From an archaeon (GTDB lineage Archaea > Nanobdellota > Nanobdellia > Pacearchaeales > GW2011-AR1), in contig JABHWZ010000004.1 of assembly GCA_018657525.1 (NCBI GenBank), positions 26,245-90,244 on the forward strand: a DNA stretch of 64,000 nucleotides, written 5' to 3'. Made by a program: the position numbers and the translations under genes. Position 1 is the first letter of the stretch, and each line of letters starts with the position of its first letter. Under the pieces are notes generated by a model. That model was not told the DNA's origin, did no database searches, and saw only the letters and a list, made by a program, of their open reading frames with translations. Shown piece by piece: positions 6,364-16,028 of this stretch.

Positions 6364-9222
6364 ATGACTTATATCAAAAAATTGGTGATGAAAGGTTTCA
6401 AGAGTTTTGTAAAACAAACAGAATTACCTTTCGCTCAAGGAATAAATGTTGTCTTAGGACCCAATGGTTCTGGAAAATCCAATGTCTCCGACGCACTTTG
6501 TTTTGTCTTGGGAAGACTTTCGGTAAAATCAATGCGCGCAGCTAAGGCCAAAAATTTAATTTTTATGGGTTCTAAATCAGCGTCGCCAGCTAAAGAAGCT
6601 TCAGTAGAAATAATCTTTGAAAATCAAGATAGAATTTTCGCTTTAGATACAAATGAAATTTCAGTAAAAAGAATAGTTAGAAAAAATGGACAATCAATTT
6701 ATAAAATAAATAACGAAACAAAAACACGGCAAGATGTCCTCGCATTACTTGCACAAGTAGGAATTGACCCAAACGGGTTTAACATAATTCTTCAAGGAGA
6801 GATCCAAAATTTTGTAAGAATGCATACAGAAGAAAGAAGAAAAATAATTGAGGAGGTTTCGGGGATATCTACTTACGAATCGAGAAAATCCAAGGCGATT
6901 AAAGAATTAGATAAAACAGAAGAAAGGTTAAAAGAAGTCTTAGCAGTTTTAAGAGAACGAACAGCTTATCTAAATAACTTAGAAAAAGAAAGACAACAAG
7001 CCTTGCGTTATAAAAAACTAGAAAAAGATATCAAAAGATATAAGGCAAGTATAATTTATATCGACCTCTCCAAAAAGAAAAAAGAAGCCAATAGGATTCA
7101 AGGGGATATTCAGATAAAATTAAAAGAGATAGATAAAATAAAAAAATTAATTTTATCTGATGAAATTTTAATGGGTTCTCTTGAACAAAAAATATCTCAG
7201 ATAAATTCTACAATTTCTAATTCTACTGGAGTAGAACAAGAAAAATTAAACACAGAGATTTCTGATATTCGGGCGGAGTTAGCAGGATTAAATGTAAAAA
7301 TAGAAAATTATGAAACAAAGATAATTCAAATACAAAGACAAAAACAAGATTTGCAAGAAAAAGTTAGGGAAGGAATAATTACTTTGAAAGAACTTCAAAA
7401 AGAGTCTCCGACAATTATTAAAAAACAAGAAGAACTTTCTTCAAAAAAACAAGAACTTGAAAAGTTAGAAGAACAGAGAAAAAAGTTTTATATGATTAAG
7501 ACTGAATTAAAATCTATAAGAGAACGGCTTCAAGATAAAAAATCAGTTCTTCAAAGTTACGTCGACGAATCAGCTTTTTTGCTAAAAGAAATAGAATCAA
7601 TAACATTAGAACTTTTTGATAAAAAAACAGATCCAGAAAAATTACATCATTTAAAAATTGCTTTATCCAAAAAAAGAACGCACCTAGATGATTTATCAAA
7701 AAAGGAAATTGAGCTAGACAAAGTTTCACACACAAATGAATACGAAATCTCAAAACAAAATTTAGTCATAGAAAAAATATCAAAAATTGATGTTTGCCCA
7801 TTATGTAAATCAAAAATGACTCCTGAGCATATACATGTTATTGGTTCTGAAGTAAAACCAAAAATAGATTTACTAAAAAAAGAAATTGAAGAATCAGACA
7901 AAGAATTAAATTTAATTTATACTCAAAAAGAAGTTTTAAAAAAAGATATAGATCAGATAGAAACAGAAATAAATAAGAGAGAATCCGATTTATTAAAACT
8001 TTCTCAAATACATGGGAAGACAAAGCAGATAAAAGTGCTTCAAGAAAAAGTTGGATCGATTAAAAAAGAATTAGTTGAATTAAATAAACGGAAAAATTAT
8101 TTAGAAGAAAATTTCGATGAATCTTCAAATGTCGAAACAAAATATGAAACGGCCATGGTGGAAGTTCAAGAAATATCTTCAAGATCTGAGGAAACAATTG
8201 ATTCAGAAATTTCATTTAAACAAAGAGAATTAGAACGCTCAAAGATTACTTTAAAACAATTATGTCGAGATGAACAAGATATTCAAGAAGAATCTATTTC
8301 ATTAAGAAAAGAGATTGAACAAAAAGAACAATTACTCGAAAAAAAGAAAAAACAAGATGAAGAATTGAGCAAACAATTTAAGTCGCTAATTGCTGAAAGA
8401 GATTCATTACAAAATAAGATTAGAGAAATTGTATCTGATTTATCCTCTAAAAAAAATTCAATACATTTTATTGAACAAACAATTAATAATTTTAAAATAG
8501 AAAAAGCAAAGGTCGACGCTGAAACAGAGAATTTAGAAATTGAAATTCTAGAATTCCCTAATGTTGAAATAATGAAAATTCCAAAAGAAACCCTTCAAGA
8601 AAGATTAAATAAATCTCAGGAAATTATTTTAAGAATCGGCTCAGTTAATATGCGTTCTTTAGAAGTTTACGATGCAATAAAAAAAGAATATGATTCAATC
8701 AAAGAAAAAACAGAAATTATTGCTAAGGAAAAAGAAGACATATTGAAAATAATTAAGACAATAGATATCAAAAAGAAGAAAGCATTTATGCAAACCTTCC
8801 ATCAATTAAATGAAATTTTTTCTAGAAACTTTGCGCAAATTTCAACTAAGGGGCAAGTCTCATTAGAATTAGAAGATAAGAAAGACCCTTTCACTGCCGG
8901 AGTAGGAATTGTAGTAAAAACCGGGCATGGGAAATATTTCGACGTTACTTCGCTTTCAGGTGGAGAACAAACAATGGTAGCGCTTTCATTAATCTTCGGG
9001 ATACAAGAATTAAATCCTTACTGCTTTTATGTTCTAGACGAAATCGATGCGGCATTAGATAAACGAAACTCAGAGAGACTTGCAAGTCTTCTAAAAAAAT
9101 ACATGCAGAGAGGACAGTATATAGTAATAACCCACAACGATGAAATCATAAACAGTGCTACAAATATTTACGGAGTTTCAATGCACGATGGAATTTCTAA
9201 AGTAATAAGTTTGAAGATTTAA
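6364..9222 (+). CDS. smc: Smc-family ATPase with central CxxC zinc hook and no hinge domain
   Basis: GFKSF, Walker A GPNGSGKSN, Q-loop QGEI, signature LSGGEQ, Walker B/D-loop LDEIDAALD, ITH; coiled coils; CPLC at aa 478-481 of 952. Confidence 0.88.
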   Translation: MTYIKKLVMKGFKSFVKQTELPFAQGINVVLGPNGSGKSNVSDALCFVLGRLSVKSMRAAKAKNLIFMGSKSASPAKEASVEIIFENQDRIFALDTNEISVKRIVRKNGQSIYKINNETKTRQDVLALLAQVGIDPNGFNIILQGEIQNFVRMHTEERRKIIEEVSGISTYESRKSKAIKELDKTEERLKEVLAVLRERTAYLNNLEKERQQALRYKKLEKDIKRYKASIIYIDLSKKKKEANRIQGDIQIKLKEIDKIKKLILSDEILMGSLEQKISQINSTISNSTGVEQEKLNTEISDIRAELAGLNVKIENYETKIIQIQRQKQDLQEKVREGIITLKELQKESPTIIKKQEELSSKKQELEKLEEQRKKFYMIKTELKSIRERLQDKKSVLQSYVDESAFLLKEIESITLELFDKKTDPEKLHHLKIALSKKRTHLDDLSKKEIELDKVSHTNEYEISKQNLVIEKISKIDVCPLCKSKMTPEHIHVIGSEVKPKIDLLKKEIEESDKELNLIYTQKEVLKKDIDQIETEINKRESDLLKLSQIHGKTKQIKVLQEKVGSIKKELVELNKRKNYLEENFDESSNVETKYETAMVEVQEISSRSEETIDSEISFKQRELERSKITLKQLCRDEQDIQEESISLRKEIEQKEQLLEKKKKQDEELSKQFKSLIAERDSLQNKIREIVSDLSSKKNSIHFIEQTINNFKIEKAKVDAETENLEIEILEFPNVEIMKIPKETLQERLNKSQEIILRIGSVNMRSLEVYDAIKKEYDSIKEKTEIIAKEKEDILKIIKTIDIKKKKAFMQTFHQLNEIFSRNFAQISTKGQVSLELEDKKDPFTAGVGIVVKTGHGKYFDVTSLSGGEQTMVALSLIFGIQELNPYCFYVLDEIDAALDKRNSERLASLLKKYMQRGQYIVITHNDEIINSATNIYGVSMHDGISKVISLKI
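9205..9220 (+). repeat. 16-bp direct repeat (smc 3' end), second copy at 10277-10292
   Basis: ataagtttgaagattt occurs at both positions; it reads into TAA at the first copy and TGA at the second. Confidence 0.9.
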
Positions 9223-9299
9223 TATTTTCTATAAATGTTTAAACTTGAAAGTAGTTACAAAATATAAAGATTTATAAAGTAGATTATTTAAAAAATTAT

Positions 9300-10280
9300 A
9301 TGACTGATTTAAAATTGGAAAATAATGATTTAGTTGAAAGATTACGTGATGGAGAATTAAACGTTGCCACAATTTCTTCTGCAATTGAAGGAGATTATGA
9401 AAGCGGGAAAGCTGTGGAAAGGCAATTCGCGGGACTTAGTATTGATGAACTAGAAGAATTGGGATTAGAAGTTATTGAATTTTTATCATTTATTACCCCC
9501 TTTATGGACGAATCTGAACCTCTTGAGAAAAGAGTGTTGGAATTAAAAGGGAAATCTTATTCACAACAATTGGAGCGAGCCAGATTAATTGCTTGGCAAG
9601 GTTTTGGATCAAAGGATTACAGCTCAATTAAGGGAGTTCAAGCATTATTGGAACAGCATAAAGATTGTGATTTACGGGAAGGGGAATTGAACGATTGTAA
9701 ATGTGTTAAGGAGATAAAAGCTAAGTTAGATTTATACAGTAGATTATTTAGGGGAGAGTTATCTTTGTTTTATACCAAAGGAATAGATATTTTTGAAACT
9801 GAAGAATATAAGTTAAGAATTCATCCAGGATCATGGGAAAATTTTGGTGGGGTTGAATTACATCTTTTTAGTCAAGGGAAATCAATAATGCAAGTGGGGG
9901 GTAAAATTCATAACTATGCTGAGATTCGTTCAATTCATGGGGGAAAAAAAGCAGGAGACGCTATTGCAGAGTTTAAAGAATCAACAGGAGTCCATCCAGC
10001 CAATTTGAATTTATTATTATTTTTAAAGTTAAGTCAACACCTAAGACATAAAAAATTAACTATCCGTGGAAGGACGAGTAGAGCATTTAATATGAAAAAT
10101 GTTGATAGTCCATTATATTTAATTCCCAGAAATTATTTTAGATTGAAAGCAAATCCAGAAAATGGATTATATGAATTTGAGGAGACTAAGAGAGATGCAC
10201 TATTAGAAAAATTTGCAAAAAATAATCCAATAATAGAGAATGCATTTGCTTCAATGGATTCATACCTTAGTGCTTTATAA
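9300..10280 (+). CDS. Hypothetical protein (insert bracketed by the smc-end repeat)
   Basis: 326-aa ORF whose stop codon lies inside the second repeat copy. Confidence 0.75.
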   Translation: MTDLKLENNDLVERLRDGELNVATISSAIEGDYESGKAVERQFAGLSIDELEELGLEVIEFLSFITPFMDESEPLEKRVLELKGKSYSQQLERARLIAWQGFGSKDYSSIKGVQALLEQHKDCDLREGELNDCKCVKEIKAKLDLYSRLFRGELSLFYTKGIDIFETEEYKLRIHPGSWENFGGVELHLFSQGKSIMQVGGKIHNYAEIRSIHGGKKAGDAIAEFKESTGVHPANLNLLLFLKLSQHLRHKKLTIRGRTSRAFNMKNVDSPLYLIPRNYFRLKANPENGLYEFEETKRDALLEKFAKNNPIIENAFASMDSYLSAL

Positions 10281-10300
10281 GTTTGAAGATTTGAAAGTTA

Positions 10301-10798
10301 TTAATAACAATCATCTGGCATTTCCAATTCCCAACTTTCCCAATCCAACCGTGGATACGCATTGTTATACGTTCTATTTTCAAAAGACCTTTCCATTCCA
10401 AATCCATAAAAGCTCCCATAAAAATCACGATAATCAATTAATTTTACTTCTTCAACAGGAAATAATTGCATTTCATCTCCAAAATCATCTTCTAATCTTG
10501 ATTCAAATTCCCACCCCTCACTTTGATACGGAACCACTTTAAAGGTAAATGGAGAATTAGCAATATACCTTGCCAAAAGTCTGTGGTTCCCTCCATCTTT
10601 AAATTTGTCCCCCTCTTCTTCAATTTCTATGGAATAGCTTGGCATATACACTTTTGGTTCTATTTCTATAAGGGTGGGCATAGAAATTTCATCTCCAGCT
10701 TCAATCCCCCTAACTAAAGCATCAACTAAAACAATGTGACAATTTCTTTCCCAACAAAATATTTTATCTTTATCCCAATCAAAAAATCTGTGTTCCAT
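10301..10798 (-). CDS. Acidic hypothetical protein with ParB/Srx-like DGxHR motif
   Basis: FKDGGNHRLLA resembles the ParB N-terminal motif. Confidence 0.4.
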   Translation of the reverse strand: MEHRFFDWDKDKIFCWERNCHIVLVDALVRGIEAGDEISMPTLIEIEPKVYMPSYSIEIEEEGDKFKDGGNHRLLARYIANSPFTFKVVPYQSEGWEFESRLEDDFGDEMQLFPVEEVKLIDYRDFYGSFYGFGMERSFENRTYNNAYPRLDWESWELEMPDDCY

Positions 10799-10865
10799 TT
10801 TCGCCTAGGCCTTCGGCTAGGTTATAAAAAAATAAAATAAAAAAATTAAAAAAAATTAATTAGAT

Positions 10866-12110
10866 TTAGTAGTAACTTTCACCAAACTCTTCAGTCTGGG
10901 AAGGTTTCTTACCAAGTAAAACAATTAATACTACTAATAAAACTAGGAATACAATTCCTAAAATTACTGTTAATACTACAACTGGGTTGCTTGCTACTGA
11001 TTTACCTTCTACGTTCATGCTTAGAGGAACTGTACTTACAAGTTCGTCTCCGGAAAACACACTTACATCGAAAGCGTATGATCCTTCAGCATTTGCTACA
11101 GCACTAACCTTAACTATCTTGCTTGATCCGGCTGGAACAGCAACAACAGCAGATTCAGTACTAGAGGCAACGTCCGCAGAATTTTCTGTAACAACTCTGT
11201 ATACTTTTAATTTGTCAGTTGGGTTAACAACTAATAAATCATATACAGCTTCTTCTCCAGCTGCAATTGTTTTGCTTGCACTTGTCACAATAACGCTATT
11301 TGAAAAGTCGTTTTTAACAACAATTTGTTTAACAGCAACTGTTTCAGAATCTTCATTAGATACTGTAACCTCAACTGTATAAACACCTGCTTCAGCAGAA
11401 TAAGGAACATTCAAGTTGATTACTCCACTTGTACTGTCCTCATCATCGTCATCACAATTACTATCACAATCTTCCATAGCTACTAAGTCACCGAAATAAG
11501 CTGTCTTTTCGACACCTAATTCAACGATTCTAGCAGTTACATAAAGATCATCTAAGTCATTGTATCCTCTGTTTTTCAATACAACTGTTACCGGTAATTT
11601 ATCCCCAGCTTCAACTGTTTGACTAACAGTGATTGACTTAACTTCTGCATTGTATGAAGGTCTTTGAACCATTAAAGTAATTTCTGCTAATTCTGAATTG
11701 TACTCTTTACCATCTATTTCAATAGCTAAAGTTAACTCATCACTAACATCATCTTTAAGTTCATAGGGTACTGAAAGAACCAAAATTTTTGCGTATCTTG
11801 AACCATTTTCAATATCAAATGGAGCAGTGATAGCATCAACTTCGACTTTTTCACCTTCAAGTTCTGCTTCAATAGTAACATCTGTGTCATCATTAGTGGC
11901 AGTAAATTCTACTCGTACAAGAATTTTTTCGCCAGCAATAACTGCCACATCGTTCGCAACTCTCATACCATTAACTTCAACCTTTGCGGAATCTGTGATT
12001 CCAGGGGTTGCAGCAACAGCACTAACAGTAGCCATTAAAACCAGAACACTTGTGATTGCAACAAGAGAAACCAAAAGTTTCTTTGCATTCATTTTTGCTT
12101 TTTGTCTCAT
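10866..12110 (-). CDS. Surface/S-layer-like protein with Ig-like (CARDB) domains
   Basis: N-terminal signal peptide, beta-rich acidic repeats (VTVVLKNRGYNDLDD, GVYTVEVTV), C-terminal TM helix and EEFGESYY tail. Confidence 0.7.
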   Translation of the reverse strand: MRQKAKMNAKKLLVSLVAITSVLVLMATVSAVAATPGITDSAKVEVNGMRVANDVAVIAGEKILVRVEFTATNDDTDVTIEAELEGEKVEVDAITAPFDIENGSRYAKILVLSVPYELKDDVSDELTLAIEIDGKEYNSELAEITLMVQRPSYNAEVKSITVSQTVEAGDKLPVTVVLKNRGYNDLDDLYVTARIVELGVEKTAYFGDLVAMEDCDSNCDDDDEDSTSGVINLNVPYSAEAGVYTVEVTVSNEDSETVAVKQIVVKNDFSNSVIVTSASKTIAAGEEAVYDLLVVNPTDKLKVYRVVTENSADVASSTESAVVAVPAGSSKIVKVSAVANAEGSYAFDVSVFSGDELVSTVPLSMNVEGKSVASNPVVVLTVILGIVFLVLLVVLIVLLGKKPSQTEEFGESYY

Positions 12111-12242
12111 ATTTAATTACACAGGATCCTTTGTTTCCTGTAGAAATTGAGGTCCAATTTTGTTTATAAACTTTATGGTGATAACATAAATTTGTCATTT
12201 TTTAGATACTTATTGTAAGTAACAACCAGTAAATTAAATTAC

Positions 12243-13022
12243 TCACAATAATTTTGTAGAATAAATTTCCAATCCAACACTGCTATCAGCGACGGGATTC
12301 GGTGATTCATTGATAATAGTTACACTTTTATTTTTAGGCATTGAATCCAGTAATTCTTTCCATTCTTTCTTAGTCGTTAATCTATGATGCTTTTCTCCTT
12401 TTTCTCCGTACACAATTCCCGAAAAATGGCAATGCCATTTTTTTTGTGGAAACAATCTTTTAATTTTTTGAATATCCACTTTTTTCTCCCTTGCAAGGAT
12501 ATGCGCAAAGTCCAAACAAAACCCGCACTGAGTGTCCTTCACAAGCTGTGCTACTTCTTCAGCGCTCCCAAAAACATTAATCTTTCCTATAGTTTCAACA
12601 CAAATTTGCGGGGTATATTTTTTTTCTTTACGAATTTTTTGCAACTCCAAAATTTGCTTTTTTATATTTTCATAAGCTATTTCTTTTTCCATTCCAGAAT
12701 AAAAACCAGCATGAATTATCACTTCTTTCGCTTTTAACCAAGTCCCAATTTCCAAACTTTTCAAAACTCGCTTTTTGCTCGCTTCAATTTTCGCCTTTTC
12801 TTTAGAATTCAAATTAATCCAATACGGCGCGTGAATACTCAAATCAATTCCAAACTTTTTCGCGCTTTTGCCGATCCGTACAGCATCTTCTTTTTTCTTT
12901 AGGTAAGCCCCATAAGTGAAAGCAAATGTCGCCGCTTTAAAACCCAATTTAGAATATTCTTCAAGCCGAGCCTCCACATTCTTGACAGAACCTAAACCAG
13001 CAGGACCAAATTTAATTACCAT
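12243..13022 (-). CDS. nfo: Endonuclease IV-like TIM barrel
   Basis: FGPAG, SIHAPYWINLNS, HAG, ETIGK, DFAH, HCHFSG, HH, INESP metal-binding motifs. Confidence 0.85.
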   Translation of the reverse strand: MVIKFGPAGLGSVKNVEARLEEYSKLGFKAATFAFTYGAYLKKKEDAVRIGKSAKKFGIDLSIHAPYWINLNSKEKAKIEASKKRVLKSLEIGTWLKAKEVIIHAGFYSGMEKEIAYENIKKQILELQKIRKEKKYTPQICVETIGKINVFGSAEEVAQLVKDTQCGFCLDFAHILAREKKVDIQKIKRLFPQKKWHCHFSGIVYGEKGEKHHRLTTKKEWKELLDSMPKNKSVTIINESPNPVADSSVGLEIYSTKLL

Positions 13023-13112
13023 AAAATAACTTAGAAAAAGAGATATTTAATTTTATTGATTGAAAAATTAATGAGAACTAAACCTATCTAATCTTCCCTC
13101 AAGAAAAAAGCC

Positions 13113-13658
13113 CTAGCTCTTCCAGGTTTCTAAAGAATTCCCACACCTATATCCAGAACAAGTCGAATTAACTAATTCCTGTAATTTTTCTAAACCAATG
13201 TCTGTCCGTAATATTCTAGTAAATAAATCCTTATCCAATTGCAAATTTCCGCTATTATAATACCTTGCTCTTTCTGTTGCTTGCAAATAAATTCCCTTTT
13301 TTTGAGGATTTACTAATAAATCATATTGATTCGGGACAATAATTTGTGATTGTTCTCCAACTCTAAATTTCCCAAACCATACACTTTTATTAAATACTTC
13401 CTCAATTACATTCTTTAAATCATCAACTTCTATTGTTTCATCCCCTTGTAACATCTCCAATCCATTACAACAGACAATAAAATAAACAGAATCTTTAGAA
13501 TTACTATTAGTCACTTGACCTTTAAGTACCTTTACTAGAGCTTCTGAATCAACTGTCTCTTGATCAGAGATATCAAAATAATTTCTTTCCCTATATCTTT
13601 TTCTCCACGTTTTAAACATAAAATTTGGGATGCTCATTATTTTATAAATCTTCCCCAT
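13113..13658 (-). CDS. Hypothetical protein
   Basis: 181-aa ORF. Confidence 0.55.
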   Translation of the reverse strand: MGKIYKIMSIPNFMFKTWRKRYRERNYFDISDQETVDSEALVKVLKGQVTNSNSKDSVYFIVCCNGLEMLQGDETIEVDDLKNVIEEVFNKSVWFGKFRVGEQSQIIVPNQYDLLVNPQKKGIYLQATERARYYNSGNLQLDKDLFTRILRTDIGLEKLQELVNSTCSGYRCGNSLETWKS

Positions 13659-13721
13659 TCAATAAATCTTTCTCCCAATAAAAATACAAATCCTTTTAAT
13701 AAACAAAGTTAATTTTTATTT

Positions 13722-14006
13722 ATGGGATATAGAAAAGGTTACCCAGTAATAATGGGCGTCGGAGATGCAGAAAGATTTGAAATTAATTTAAAAGATTTTG
13801 ACTATTTAGGGGAATACAACACAGAAAGAGCTTTCGCGTTTACATTTGATGGATTAGATAAAAAATTAATGAGTCAAGTCATGGATGGTCTGGAAGAAAA
13901 ACAAGCAGATTTAGCAGTAATCAACGAGCAGGATAATTCTAGTTTTCTATTAATTTTCCCAGCAAGAATTTGGCATTATAAAATGTATAGATATTCAACA
14001 GATTAA
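13722..14006 (+). CDS. Hypothetical protein
   Basis: 94-aa ORF with upstream TATA-like element. Confidence 0.55.
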   Translation: MGYRKGYPVIMGVGDAERFEINLKDFDYLGEYNTERAFAFTFDGLDKKLMSQVMDGLEEKQADLAVINEQDNSSFLLIFPARIWHYKMYRYSTD

Positions 14007-14008
14007 AA

Positions 14009-14392
14009 TTATTCGCTAACCTCTTCCCGAATTTCTCTTGCCACTTTTTCAATCCCTCTTAACTTCATACAATATTCCTCTTTTGGAATTTCAATATTGT
14101 TCCTCAATCCCTGTATCTCTCGCCCCAACTTTTCTAAATCGCTTTCTCTTTTCTCTCTTTTCAAATCCCTTCTATAAGCTCCATCCACAAAATCTGCTTC
14201 TGCTTTAAACTCTTCAATAGCTTTGTCCTCATTTCCAGGTTTAGTCAAAAAAAGAAAAGCATAATCTGGATACCCTTCTTCACTCAATTCGTAGCCCAAA
14301 CCTTTACCAAATGAACATGCAAAAACCATCTGCTGAGCTTCAAGAAATCTAACTAAAATTTGCCCCTCTGCATATTCCGGCTTATATTCCAT
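14009..14392 (-). CDS. Hypothetical protein resembling a stand-alone subtilase pro-domain
   Basis: YAEGQILVRF...PGNEDKAIEEF...FVDGA pattern recalls S8 propeptides. Confidence 0.4.
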   Translation of the reverse strand: MEYKPEYAEGQILVRFLEAQQMVFACSFGKGLGYELSEEGYPDYAFLFLTKPGNEDKAIEEFKAEADFVDGAYRRDLKREKRESDLEKLGREIQGLRNNIEIPKEEYCMKLRGIEKVAREIREEVSE

Positions 14393-14426
14393 AAAATAAT
14401 TGAAGACTTAAACTATTTAATTCTTT

Positions 14427-14867
14427 CTAAATAATTCCCTTCAATTCATTTTCTAAATTATTAACAATCTGCGAGTGCGTGTTCTTAATCATAATTTCTT
14501 GAATGTCTTCTTTTAATCTTCCGTGGCACATAGTTAAATCTGATTCGGGTAATTCAATGCTCCCAAGATTCAAATAACAATCCATTGATTTCCCCTCGAG
14601 AATCTGTCTGTCAAGTCGTCCTTCTTTTATCTGATTAATTGTAACTTCAATAATGCACTTGCCCCCTTCCTTTTCTTTTATTCTATAAAACCACGTCGTT
14701 GAATCAGTATCATAAACAAACTTTGTACGAACACATTTCATCTGATGAGATTTAAAACACGCCAAGTTATCACATCTATAATGAAAAAATATTGTAAAAT
14801 AAATCGAGGCTATCAAAATAATAAAAGCAATTACAATTACAAACATCGTCACCTTTCCTTTTTCCAT
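14427..14867 (-). CDS. Membrane-anchored Cys-rich hypothetical protein
   Basis: N-terminal TM helix after KG; several Cys residues. Confidence 0.6.
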   Translation of the reverse strand: MEKGKVTMFVIVIAFIILIASIYFTIFFHYRCDNLACFKSHQMKCVRTKFVYDTDSTTWFYRIKEKEGGKCIIEVTINQIKEGRLDRQILEGKSMDCYLNLGSIELPESDLTMCHGRLKEDIQEIMIKNTHSQIVNNLENELKGII

Positions 14868-14908
14868 ATAATAAAATAAATAAGATATTATTTAAAGGTT
14901 TTTGAAAA

Positions 14909-15901
14909 TTATTTATAATCTTCAAGTTCAACATTTTCATAACTGACTTCTTTACCTCGCACAGTTAAGATTCCAGTTTGACCAGAACTTAAACAACCTG
15001 AATTCCAGAATAATTCATCAGTGTATTTTCCTTCTTCTACAACTTCTCCATTAGCATTAGTCGCTCTGTGACCTGTTCCGTGGAAATGCCCACTTATCGC
15101 CTTTTTAATTCCTAATTCTTTATATAATTTAGCCAATCCTTCATTTCCTCTGTTCCCTGTTTTTACTTCAACCGGAACTCCAGCTGCTTTGTATCTTTCC
15201 ACATGGGGCAAGGGAATAACTGTTCCTTTAGCTAAATGATTTTCTTCATCCAAAAAATCTTCAGTTACTTCTCCGAATTTAGTAACATCAACGCAATTTT
15301 CAATTCCTTTAAACTTTCTAGGAACATGACAAAATACAATTGTTTTATCTGGATTTGTAACTAATCTTTTTAAATCATTAATATTTGTATAATTTATTCC
15401 TTTGACTTGTTTACCCTCTTTCAGGGCCACTACATATTCTTCTAATTTTCCAAAAGGAGTAATTCCTTCTTGAGACATTAAATAATTCCCACTTGGCATT
15501 CTTGCGTCGTCTCCCAATTTATATGATCCAGTGCTAGGTCCAAAATCTGCTCCAGGTAAAAATACTAAATCATGTCCATCTGCTTCCACTTTCTGAGGTT
15601 TATTCACATTAATTAAATTATCACATTCTCCTCCTAATTTTTCCATTACTGACTCAAATGCTAACATCATATCATGACCTGCTGGCTGGACATACGCTTC
15701 TAAGCCACTTTTACCAACTCTCTCTAGAACTTCTGCAATATTTCTTTGACTTTCATCTAAACTCTTTCCAACTTCTGCTAAATCACCATTTAAAATAATC
15801 TTCTCAATTCCCTTCTCTTTAAAAGCTCTAAGAGACCTCTCCAGATTTTCTAAACTACCATGAATATCTGAAATAACCCCGTATTGCACTTCTTTTATCA
15901 T
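14909..15901 (-). CDS. Calcineurin-like metallophosphoesterase
   Basis: SDIHG, NGD, AGHD, CHVP, SGHFH motifs. Confidence 0.85.
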   Translation of the reverse strand: MIKEVQYGVISDIHGSLENLERSLRAFKEKGIEKIILNGDLAEVGKSLDESQRNIAEVLERVGKSGLEAYVQPAGHDMMLAFESVMEKLGGECDNLINVNKPQKVEADGHDLVFLPGADFGPSTGSYKLGDDARMPSGNYLMSQEGITPFGKLEEYVVALKEGKQVKGINYTNINDLKRLVTNPDKTIVFCHVPRKFKGIENCVDVTKFGEVTEDFLDEENHLAKGTVIPLPHVERYKAAGVPVEVKTGNRGNEGLAKLYKELGIKKAISGHFHGTGHRATNANGEVVEEGKYTDELFWNSGCLSSGQTGILTVRGKEVSYENVELEDYK

Positions 15902-15981
15902 AGTATATATTAGCCTCTTTTCTTTATAAACCTTTGCATAATGTTACCACTAAAAAGTTAATTAAATAATAAAAAAGACGG

Positions 15982-16020
15982 AAAATAAAAAAAAATAAAA
16001 AAGTGTGCCTTACGGTGCAC
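15982..16020 (-). terminator. Hairpin plus T-tract after dnaG
   Basis: GTGCACCGTAAGGCACAC followed by long T runs; the stem is imperfect. Confidence 0.45.
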
Positions 16021-16028
16021 TAATGAGT

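Noticed and set aside
6364-9222. Calling this gene rad50
   Set aside because: Head and D-loop motifs are Smc-type and no mre11/herA/nurA is adjacent, despite the hook.
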